A DNA stretch of 56,953 nucleotides, counting the filler, from Sphacelaria rigidula (taxonomy: Eukaryota): assembly GCA_964200075.2 (NCBI GenBank). It is 7 parts of 7 records of this genome, joined end to end, with 100 filler letters (N's around TTAATTAATTAA, not from the genome) between each part and the next. Parts side by side here need not be neighbours in the genome. Positions count along the whole stretch, not along the records: positions 24,454 to 32,503 come from CAXNAA020012495.1; positions 32,604 to 40,653 come from CAXNAA020012496.1; 5 more parts are not named here. The stretch is one strand, 5' to 3'. How positions within the stretch are numbered: position 1 is the stretch's first letter; each line of letters starts with the position of its first letter. Below are positions 25,461 through 36,600 of this stretch, one piece after another. The position numbers and the translations under genes are program-made. The notes beneath the pieces are model-generated. The model made no database searches. It was not told where the DNA came from and saw only the letters and a program-made list of their open reading frames with translations.

Positions 25461-25610
25461 GCACAACTGCACTATCCGGGTAGCTTAGCTGAAAACCTGC
25501 CCTGACGGCCCCGCTTCTCGCACGGCTTCCTGTTTGAAGCCCTGGTGGGAATCTGTCGAGTTTTTCTCTCAGGAATGCTTGCGGCGTGGCGTTTCCCCCG
25601 CCCTCACCGT

Positions 25611-25649
<39 letters not shown>

Positions 25650-25900
25650 TCCTCTGTCCTGCTGCCTTCGGCTCTTTTTTTATCCTTTTTTTTTCTTTTT
25701 TTATCGTCGGGCACACGTCTTCTACGACACTGTTTCTTCTCCCCGCGACTTTTACTTATCATGGGTTATTTACGTACGTCTATTTTGTGACGACGACGAC
25801 AAGGACTGCTGGATTCGTGTAGCGGATCGGGTTGTGTGAGGGTTTTGATCATTCGATCCCCACATTCGATCGGTTAATGGAGTCGCCCACACCTGCGTAC

Positions 25901-26017
25901 CTGGTTCAGAAGCTTCGCCATCTCAGGCGCCATGTATCCCTTGGTCCCCATGATACTTCGGCGCTTGAAACGTGGCATCAGCTCATTCCGCCGCACTTTC
26001 TGCCCGTGTTTTCGCAT
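25901..26017 (-). CDS. Exon of AGC-group (GRK-like) Ser/Thr kinase, subdomain VIII
   Basis: ctag|MRKHGQKVRRNELMPRFKRRSIMGTKGYMAPEMAKLLNQ|gtacgc; 117 bp, phase 0/0; not in the ORF track. Confidence 0.9.
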
Positions 26018-27256
26018 CTAGTAGACAACAAGGATGATAGGGGTTCGGTTGCAGTAAGGGGAAAATACCAAATGGGTATTTTCACTTTATCGTGCATGCA
26101 TCCGGAAAACGTACCAACAGGTACTGACGAAACTGTGTGCGAGTATGTCTGAACCGTGCACGTTTCATTTCTCGCACAAGCACCACAACTTCGATCTCTA
26201 CCACCCTCCTTCCGTCACTAGGCCGACGATGACAAAGTTTTTTCTTGATAATTGCACTCTATTTCCTACCCATCCTACCCTGTAGTGGAGTTGACCTCAG
26301 CGACAATAGACGTAGACCTAGCTTCGACGCCTAACCTGTACTTAGGAACTGGTCAGGACTACGGGTAGGGATACACCAAATGAAGTTCTTCACGAACCTA
26401 CAGGAGGCGCTATTTTCTGAAGCTCTCTTGCTGTCGATAAGTGACGTTTTGCCTTTGCCGACGAGCACAGTAGTAGAATCTAACTCGAATGAGGTGGACC
26501 AGTGAATTACTTGCCATGACTACCTGTCTTTTGCTGCACTCATCGTATTGCGGTCACTATGGCCAGTGATGACCAGCCTCAGTAGACGAAACGTTTCGAC
26601 ATGCCAGAAACCAGCCGCCGCCTGGTCGGTAATAGACCTACTAGGCACTGTCTGATCTCGGGTCCGTTAGTTTGGTGCGACGAACGGGGAGTTCCTTCTT
26701 GCAATGGCAAGATCACGCCGGTTTACACCCCCCTCTTCGGCCCAGCAAGTCGATACAACAGCAGCCTCGCACCACAATTCACCCTTCAGTGCCTTCACGA
26801 CCCAACCCTATCTACACGCACACACCCAGGGTGGTACTTTAGGCAGCAGCACTTGCACAACCAAGGATAAACTGGCTCTTTCCTGGCCGCAACTGATATC
26901 TTCAGCGTACCACGCCGATAGGCTGTAGCGGCAGACACGTCTGCAAAGAATAATGTAGCCATCATGCAAGATTCAAACGGTATCTAAACGAACACACCTG
27001 TGGAGGTGTTGTACACCACGAGAAAACGCGTCAATTCCAGAATATCCGCTCGACAGTAGCCTGCAATATGTAGTGCGCACCTGCCCCCGGTTTTCAATGA
27101 ATGGGATTCAGAGAAACATGTGCGGAAAGCACCTTCCTGCCGTTGGTGGCATCCGCAACCTCAATCCCCCAAACAATTTCCACGAAGGTTTGCTCTGATG
27201 GCTAGGCAGTTTACTCTGTAGCTAACCTAATCCCCACGAAATAACCACTCTTCACG

Positions 27257-28053
27257 GGGGAGGGAGAGGGGGGGGCGTAGTCATTTGTTGCTTGCCTTCG
27301 TCTTTTGACCATTGACCACGCATCTCTTTCGAGACGGAGCTCCGTTCCTACTCCTAGTAGAGACACCTCCAACATTCCGGCGCTCATGATGTTTCTTCCA
27401 CAGCTCATTACGTCTCTTCCATACATTACACAAAAACCTTTTGCATATCTTATCCCCGTCCTGTTTCGCCGTCTGTGGCCACCATATATCTCCTAATATA
27501 GCCATCGTTTTCTCCCTACTAACTAATGCATCAAACGATTCCATGCTGTCTTCGTTCACGTCCCGCATTTCCCCCTCTAGCACGTTCTGTTCCTCCTTGT
27601 ATAGTTCACATTCTGCCACTATAGGGGGAGGGGGGTACTCCTGATTTTGCATGCCATAGCCATATGATGATTGACCTCGCATCCCTACAAAGCCGGGGCT
27701 TTCGCCGGACCAGGCTCGCAATCAATCACCTAGCGCGAAGCGCCGTGGTGTGTTCGGTGAGTCGCATGAAAGGGTGAGCTGAATCCTGCTAGAATTGTTC
27801 GGCCCGAAGCGTACTGATTATCTTGCGATTGGATGACAGCCTACAATGAGTTTTTTTCATTTTCTGGTATCGCCACTTCTAGAGGCAGTCACGGGTTTCA
27901 CACCGCCTCATGGGTGTCTCACCACGATGGGTGTACTAACGATCATGCATGCCATAAGACCATTGACCTCGCACCACGATGGGGGGGGCGTACTCATTTG
28001 TTGCTTGACTTAGTCATTTGACCATTGACCACGCATCCCCTTCGAGACGGAGC
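27257..28053 (-). mobile_element. Head-to-tail stack of C-tailed non-LTR fragments: A (27257-27622), B (27623-27925), short B, A (27980-28053)
   Basis: Family A encodes a LINE-like C-terminus IVAECELYKEEQ...KRCVVNGQKTKASNK* ending a few nt before the C-run; each unit starts with a G-run on +. Confidence 0.85.
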
Positions 28054-28423
28054 ACTCTTTTCGGGGAGTAATCTATGTGAAACTTTGCACGCTGTATCCA
28101 CAAACTGAGACTCAGTAGCCAGTACATGGTCTATCCGTACAGTAACCTCACCATAGGCTTGCTCACGCTGAGAAAAACAATAAAACAGGAGATTTCTTCC
28201 CAAATTGTCTATAGATTATGTGTCCCCGGCTATTCCAGCGGAGTTTCGTAAAAATCGTAATTCCAACATGGTACTGTAGTAGGAAACAGTTAGGTTTTTA
28301 TAGGATTGACGGTCTATGGAGGTGCCGACCCCATGCTCGATTACATCAGGTAAGGCAGGCAAGGACAGCGGGGGGGAGTTTGCTCGATTCCTTGGGACTA
28401 CGCCCTCGTTGCACGAAGGGGAG

Positions 28424-28735
28424 TGGGGGGGGTGTACTCATGATTCTGCATACCGTAGGCATGAGAGACCGTTGAACTTACAACCCTACAATCCCAAGAC
28501 GGAGCACGCCGGGTTCTCGACGGACCAGGCTCGCACTAAATCACCAAGCATGAAACGCTGTGATGTGTTCAGCGACCCGTATGAAGGATGAGCTGTATCG
28601 TACCAAGATAGTTCTGCCCGAAGCGTACTAACCATCTCGCCTATGGATGACAGCTCCCGATGAGCTGCTTCATTTTCTGATATCGCCACTTTCAGAGACA
28701 GCCACGCGTACACGGCCTCATGGCTGTCACACCAT
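28424..28735 (-). mobile_element. Family B C-tailed element copy; further copy at about 33110-33305
   Basis: Homologous to 27623-27925; G-run + GTACTCATGAT terminus. Confidence 0.8.
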
Positions 28736-29039
28736 TTCAACAGTACATGTAACAATCATCCCCCTTGCGCGGAGTTGAGGTTGTCCACCTCGCACAATAT
28801 GATCTGACTCGACCACAATCATGGTCATCGCAAAAAACACACAAGCGAGAAAAAAAGTGGGTATCCTGGTTGCCTAGCTAACGCAGAGAGCGGCGCGTTC
28901 TACAGCGCCGTTGCCAACCGACGCCAATCGTAAAATGGAACGGGGGCGGATGGGGTAGGGAGGGGGATTGAAAGGCTGACGAAAACAACAGAATGTAGCA
29001 CGGTCCGGGAAACTCGCAAAGGGACACCATGTTTCTCAC

Positions 29040-29142
29040 TTTTCGCACAGACATGTCTCCAATGGAATCGCCCGCCCCTCCCATATCTGCCAGCTGAATG
29101 TGCCCATCCATTCCGAGCATTATATTCCGAGGTTTCAAATCC
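29040..29142 (-). CDS. Exon of the same kinase, subdomains VIb-VII
   Basis: ccag|(R)DLKPRNIMLGMDGHIQLADMGGAGDSIGDMSVRK|gtgaga; 103 bp; ends in phase 0, compatible with 25901-26017. Confidence 0.9.
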
Positions 29143-29336
29143 CTGGAAATATTAGCAGCATTTTCGATCGATTGCAGTCGATGTTACAAATCCGCGAGGG
29201 ATGCAATTAGACTGCAGTCGGGGTGCCACGTCCCTGAAAAAAATTGCCGTGCACTAGCACGATGGGTAGATCGCAGTTCTACATGTTTTGCGATCTCTCT
29301 AGAAAAATCTGTATTTGCAAATGAATGGCCACGTTT

Positions 29337-29555
29337 CATTGATTGATTGATTGATTGATTGGTTGGTTGGTTGATTGATTGATTATCTCACATTAGCTGA
29401 TTGCAACAATCCAGCCCGTGGTCAGGAGCAGCAAAAAATATGACAGAATAATAAAAAGAAGAAAGGAAGGAAGGAACAGGAAAAGACAGAAGCAACGGCC
29501 TCAGGAAGGAGAGAAGAAAGGAAGCAGCGATAACAACAAAAACAACACAACCGCC

Positions 29556-29602
<47 letters not shown>

Positions 29603-29603
29603 C
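29337..29603. repeat. Microsatellites (GATT/GGTT)n 29337-29383 and (AAC)n 29555-29603
   Basis: Seen directly. Confidence 0.95.
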
Positions 29604-32390
29604 GACCAACAGCAATAAGAACAAAATAATGACGAACAAACACATACACATACACAAACACAAGCACGAACAACACAAAAGGATGATGATCGCGCATTAC
29701 GTAGCTGATTGCAACACTCCAGCTCGTGATCGGAAAAAAAAAAAGAGCGAAAAATGAAAAAGTGAAAGAAGAGAAAAAAAATCATAGTCGGTGGTGGTTC
29801 AAACGATGAAACTCGTTCATCATGATTGTCGTCGGTGTTCCCCAAACCCATTTCGACCGAACGGAAAACCTGCATGATCACCCCAATTGGGGACAGCCCA
29901 AGTATCCCTCCCTGAAAAATACAAAATTCATTGTATGTGTGTGTGGCGTTTTTCCAATTTGCTCTTCAAAGTTTCCGCACTGTTTCTACAAATTCTGCTT
30001 CCCAAAAACATCAACATTATAGACCTACTTCATCCAAGTGTCCAAGACATGAACGCAACCCCCCTTTCCTCCCCCCGTGTCCGTCGTTGGGACATGAACG
30101 AATGTGGCATGAAATCGTTTGATGCAGCAGACAGTAGCGAAAAAAATATGGCTATACTAGTCTTAAATTTCTTTGAGTCAACGTGCCGTAACCAATAGGA
30201 ACGATTTTTTACTCGAGTGCTCCAGCGCGCGAAGTTTCCTGCAGTGATGCAGGAATTCTCATGCAGTGATATAGGTAGGTATCTCAGTCTTGCCTCCCAA
30301 GGGCTGAGTTGCAGCTCTGACCCACCGAGCACTGCTCTTCAGACCCTCAGCCTCGCAAAGTTCCTGACGATTCAGACCGCTTACAATAGCTGTACCGAGC
30401 CGTTGCGTGGAAATGAATGGTTTATACGACGCTTGTGAGACGAAACAGTACCTCAAGAACATGAATCTCAGCTTGGGTAGTATTGCGAGCTATAACTGCA
30501 CTTACACACATATGCACTTGATTCATTTGATTCATTTGATTGATTCATTCATTCATTCATTCGTTCATTGTCGACTTTGACTGACGCCCCCAGGGATCCA
30601 GCTGGGGTCACATGACAGACGTATCCAAGAATCCATACAGAAATATATGCCTACACGCGTGTATGGAAGCAACGATAAGCAACGCCTCGCTCGGGGCAGA
30701 ATTCTTAGCATTGCCAGCCACTTTACGATGACCGTTGTTTTGGCCCATCACTCAAAAATTCAACGGTCTGGCAGCTTACCCCGTGTGAGTCTTGCCAGTA
30801 TCTGTACCGAAGACTTTTGCATCCCGCAGTGCCGTTCACGAGACAGGAGTATCGTAAATGTTGGCAGCGGACAACAAACTTAACTGTCACGCATACATAC
30901 TTATTGTCTCATATGACGGTTTTGTTTTCAAACTTGATGTATTTTTTGTGTATAAGACAATGCTTGGCTGGCGACGTGGCGGGTATGTTCGTGCGTGATA
31001 ATGAAGCAAGTCGAGCAACCACCCGAGCACGGTAGCCATCGCTCCCCAGTAGTGGGATCATGTCATCAGCGCTGGTTTGAGTGGCAAAGACGCGCAGCGA
31101 AGTGCAGTATGGGAAGCTGGTGACTGCTGCCGAGATAGCACCCCGCCCGAACCGGCCAAAAACGTGCACGGAGGCGATGATCATAAATGCCGTTAGAGCT
31201 GGTTCCGTGCTGCACGACGCGACTTATTTGGGCGTTATAGCTGATTTCGGACTGCTACACGCCTGTCATGAGGGCGAAATTGCTCAAACGAGCCCAATAG
31301 TGGGATCGCAGCCGGTTTGTCCGACGGTCTCCGGTGCACTTTTCATGAGAGGGCCATCTCGGCATTAGTCTGGCGTTGAAAATATTCAACGGAAGAGGTT
31401 TACCTTGGTGACATCAACGAATTTCTTCGGCACGATCGTGTTGACAATCCGGATTTATCTCCCCCCAGACGTATGTATGTGCTGTGTTTTTTTCGAGACC
31501 GTGCGACGGCGATCTTCGAATATAGGTTTTGGTGACAAATTTCAGTCACAGAACATCAAACTTTATTGTTGCTGCTATCAAACTTCGGGATGGTCGACAC
31601 CAGTATCACTCGCGCTACGTATTTATAGTGTGCCAGCAAGTACAGGTACATCCTGATGAAGATCAGACGACACTTTCTGCGATAGCCCCCCCCCCAAAAA
31701 AAAAACAGCCAAAAAGTGTCCCAGAACAAATGACCATACAGCGTCTGATGTTTGGGTTCAGGCGGCATGAAGCGTCTCATATTGGCGACATTGGCGAGAA
31801 AGAACCCGGGCGTGGAAATTCCCAGCTACTCGTTGTGCTCGCCTTTTTCCATTTCGATCGACGTGAACATTTTACGTCCCCAAACCAGGAATTGTTTTGA
31901 AGGAGGCTCTCGTAGAAAGCGTCAGACACTGGGGGAAACTCGGGCATGAACGCAACCACAGCAGTTTCGTGTCAGAATACTCCTCCAAGAATACCGCTGG
32001 TAGCCCTATGTGGCCGTCATCAGATAATATATAATGCAAGGGTGTCCGCAATGCCTCTAATTTTCGCTCGTTCTGGGTTTGACCATCTTGCCACGTCCTC
32101 GATCGAGTTTTTTTTCGGCGAAATGTTTGTTCCCGTCGATTCGCCTTGGCTGTATCTATATCTGATTTCCCCTCGGGTTTAGATATGCTGTGACCACGGA
32201 TCGATCCGCAGCGGATCATAAACCCCGTTGGCTGCGATCTAGCGTCGTTATCCTGGGGTACCTTCGAATGTTTCCTGCAACCTTCAGTAAAAGCGTCCCA
32301 GAAGCTTCCCAATCACAGGACTGGCGCGAAACAGTCAGCCAATCAATCACCCGACCAATCACCCAACCGATAAATCTACCGACCAACCAA

Positions 32391-32503
32391 GCCGCCGCGC
32401 CTCGGTGGTGTAATGGTCCGACTGTCGCTATTAGGGTGGAGAGAACGGAGGTTCGATTCCCGGTGCGTTGGGTTTTTTTCTTGGTCACACATGATTTCCA
32501 CCG
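32391..32503 (+). mobile_element. tRNA-derived SINE head, cut by the contig end
   Basis: A box TGGTGTAATGG, B box GGTTCGATTCC, then a T-run; no proper cloverleaf. Confidence 0.65.
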
Positions 32504-33655
32504 NNNNNNNNNNNNNNNNNNNNNNNNNNNNNNNNNNNNNNNNNNNNTTAATTAATTAANNNNNNNNNNNNNNNNNNNNNNNNNNNNNNNNNNNNNNNNN
32601 NNNCGTCTCTGTCGATGAGATATTGCTTTTAGAGCATAAATCCGTTTTTAGGCTGGCCCAGCTCGTAGGAATTACTAGACATAGGCTTTAATCACCGAGA
32701 AAAAAATGGCCCAGAGTTTTGAGCAGATGGGCACCTTCACCTTGATTAGACGATTAATACCATATGCGGATCACGGCCCAACTTGTCTGTGTCGCTGAGA
32801 TATCGCTTTGAGAGCATAAATCCGTTTTCAGGCTGGCCCAGCTCGTACGGCAGAGGGCAGAATTCAAGGATACAGTAAAATTGTACGTGACGGTTCAAGC
32901 ATCTTTTGTTAAAAAAAAACACGATACTGTAACTGGTACAAACTGTAGCCGGTAACGGCAAACCTGAAAAAACTGGATAACTGACTGTAGCCCTCGTTGC
33001 AAGTTCCAGTTGAGACTACGAGGTAGACTGATCTAGCTCACAGCCCTAGTTTTTTGCTCAACAATATCGATGGGGGCGGGGGGGATGCAATACTCCCGTA
33101 GTCATAACATGGGCGGGGGGGGTGTACTCATGATCATGCATGTCGTAGTCATAATACCATTGGCCTCGCATCCCTACAAAGCCGGGGCGGAGCACACCGG
33201 GTTTCGCCGGACCAGGCTCCACTCAATCACCAAGCGCGAAGCGCCGTGGTGTGTTCGGCGAGTGGCATGAAGGGTGAGCTGCATCCTGCTAAGATTGTTC
33301 GGCTTCGTGACTATGGTGTGGATTGAAAGCCCACATAGTTGACTCGGCATTTCCTCCCTCCATTTGAATCGTTTCAATCGCTAAAACCTGATGTGTAGCT
33401 GTCATGTGTTTTCGATATTTTTTTCCGTTATGATTTGTTCGTTGAGCAAGAACAGGGAGACTCGTGCATATTTTGTCAGTACGCATATTGCACACTCAAA
33501 ACGCATACTTGTAGTGAAAGTTTCTGTCGTAACTGTACATGGGATATGTATTCATCTATACATGTTTTTTCGTGTATCATGGTCTCACATGTGTATTCCT
33601 ATATGTGCTGCTTAATCCCCCTTTCCCCCCCACCTAACCACCGCTTTACACACAG

Positions 33656-36600
33656 GCTTCCGTGTTCGTGTACTTGGGCGACCAGATGAGGCTTATCGTT
33701 GCCGGGCAGATGCCCCACGTTACATCCGACCGCAAGTTGTTTTTCCAGGATGTTTCTCTTCTGCTGCAGGCGCTGCTTGGTCTAGCCGTTGGGGAGGAAC
33801 AGGTACGTGGTGACAGTTGGTGAGTTTGATGTGGGAGGGGGGCGGGGACGGGGGAGTGGAGAACAACACACTGTTTCACCCCCTGAAGTGAAGGAGAAAA
33901 AACTCGAAAGAATCGTCCTATTTTTCTCCGTTGAACGTACGGTAATGTAGCATAACGTCAACGAAAAGACAAAGGGTCGGATGAATCATCGCTGCTTCGA
34001 ATCGCCATCTATGACTCCTGAGGCTTGGTTTGTCTCGAGAGGTGAAAAATATATATAGACCGCGGGTCAATGAAATGTCGACGCAAATGTGGCGCAATTT
34101 CATGCCCCTGGGGTGCAACGATGAAACATAGTCCTAGGATTGCCTGATCGACACGGTACGAATCAGTTACACTAGAATCAAGTAATTTTGAGGCAAATCG
34201 TTATTCGTTATACCCTCGAAGAATAGAAACGCATTTTTACTGTACACTATATTTTCTTTGCACACCGTGCTTGCTCTTTTCATTTCTTGCTCCCTCACAA
34301 CCCACCAGGTACCAGAGGTGATTGAAGACAGCGGTGACGCGCTGCACCTGCTGTGGGCAGCCACTGCACCGTTTCTTCGAGACGGCACTACGGGCCCAGC
34401 AGAGCCTACAATCACGCGCTGCGTGGTCGAATTAATACACGCTTTCCTGGAGAGTGGGGGATCCTCCGCCGCAGAGGCGTTGGTTGCTTCCGGAGCCGTT
34501 GGGCCTGTTGTGTACGTGAGTTACTTGGTCATTAGATCGTACCCATGGAATATGGTCATGGTGTTGTTAGGGATTCTGTTTTGAAGCGAGGGAAAAGGAA
34601 GTGATCTCTCCACTCCACGCTTTGTTCTGCGCTACGTTCGCGCCACAATTTTGGTTTAGGCGGTAGGCTGCTGCTACTAAATGTGTGTGCAACGTTGCTT
34701 AAGATATAATTTTTTGTGTGGTGGTTTTTTCCTCCTTCTCCCGTCTGTGTCTGTGTCTGTCATGATGAACGACGATCTTTAGGCATGCAGCAAGATGTTG
34801 CTCAAGGACTACGATGACAACGTTTACACTGAGAAGGACGGGTTAGCCGCGTTGCACGTGGCGGGAATGATGCTGGATGCTCACCCGCACGCTGCTTTAC
34901 AGATGCTCGGCATCGGAGCCGTTCCTCTCTTCCTCTCGAGGTTCGTCAGCGATGATTATTCTTGCTATTTTTTTATTTTGCTTGGTTGGTTGGTTGGTTG
35001 AAAAGAACCCAACACGAACAGGAAAATCGGGTCTTGGTTCTCGATCGGAACTGGTTGGGCAGAGAAATGTCCTGTGATGGTGCGAGTATCGACCAACTTG
35101 AATGAAGTACAATGCTGGGGAACGAAAAGTATGGTCACGCACACATGACGTTTTTGTTTGTGTTTCGTTGTCGCATTTGCCTGTGTTTCGATGACGAGCA
35201 GAGCATGCTCCACGTCTTTCCCGAAGGGCACTCGCTTGCGGTGCCTAGCTATTCTCCATCGGCTTTGTGTCACCGTACCGGCGGCGAACATCGCTATTGG
35301 TCGAGTATTGCCGGAGGTGCTCGTGGTGCATCTCGAGAGTGACGGTGAGTGCATGCCGTTCGTCTTGCGTTTTTTTTTCTTGTGGTGGTGGGTACTCCTC
35401 ATCGTGTGTGCCCTCTCATTTGGATGTTCTGTTGGTGGGTATGGGGCAGAGGGTGCACTGTGGCTTGTCCACGTGTTGCATGAAATCCAGAAAGGTGACG
35501 AAATAGAGGACGTGACGTGGATGCTTCTCTGAACAAAAAAAGAGTAGATCAAGGTAACTTTATTTTGAGGACTCGATGTGCCTTCACATTGGTGACAAGT
35601 GGAGATGACTCCGATTGCTCAGTTACCGCAAGGTGATGGATTCGAACCTTGGTCCAATCGCCGCACGTGATGTGTGAAAAATTCTGCCCTCAGATGAATG
35701 TGGGCAACTTGATATCGCCAAACTGGCGACGGGTAGCTGAGTCACCCAACCACACTTGATAGGCGAATGACGAAAGAAACAAGAAAAGAAAAAAAAATTA
35801 TATATATATATATATATATGTCGTCACCGCGAGCTGGCGGAAGAAGAGAACCAGCCTAAAGAAAATAAACGAAACACCTGCTTGTCGGCAAAAGGGGGAA
35901 TTGGGGGAGCGGAGGCCAGAGATGAATGAGAAGACGATAAAAGGATCACGCCAGGGAGACGCGAAGAAAAACGCCGGGCTAAGAATCTGTTCCGCCCTTG
36001 AGGTCACCCCGCCCTCACCCGTCCCTCCTCTATCCCCCTTTTCGCATTGACTCGAGTCTCGCGAGGCATCTCGAGAAAATGCTGATGACTGTAACCCAAA
36101 TCCCAGCAGTCATCTCGAGGAATAAGGCACGACTACGACTCGAGTCCCACGATACCATTATCCTGATAACTTGATAGGTTGCCTCGATCTTCGTGCTTTC
36201 CGCTCCTCCCTTGCTTCCCTCTCTCCCCTCCACAGTACGTACACAAAGTGAAAGCAGCCCCCATCTCAATCTTGCTTGTCGAGTTCTCATTTTACTCTCG
36301 TCTTCATCTCTCTTGCGTACTCCACAGCTACCGGCGAGAAGGTGCTTGGACTTCTAGACGACGAGATAGCATCACCCGTGCTGATCTGGGACGAAAGTTG
36401 CCGGGAAAGGCTGTCGACGCTCACATGGGAGCACTGGGACGAGTGGAGCCGGCGCTCGAAGCGGGAAGCATGCCAGCGATGGGTGCCGGCGTGCCTGGCA
36501 GAGGAGGTTCTTCTGCCCGAGGAATACGCGACCGAGCCGTGCGTGGCCGGTCTGTACTTCCGGCTGTACGCGCAGGAGCCCACGTTTGCTTTGGAGAAGG

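Noticed and set aside
29388-29881. Poly-V/C/L/N ORFs
   Set aside because: Translations of the (AAC)n microsatellite
32260-32318. Upstream kinase exon (phase-compatible AG..GT segment on minus strand)
   Set aside because: Translation SCDWEASGTLLLKVAGNIR does not resemble subdomain VIa
32391-32470. Functional tRNA gene (also 43473-43550, 46038-46053)
   Set aside because: A/B boxes present but acceptor and anticodon stems do not pair; SINE heads
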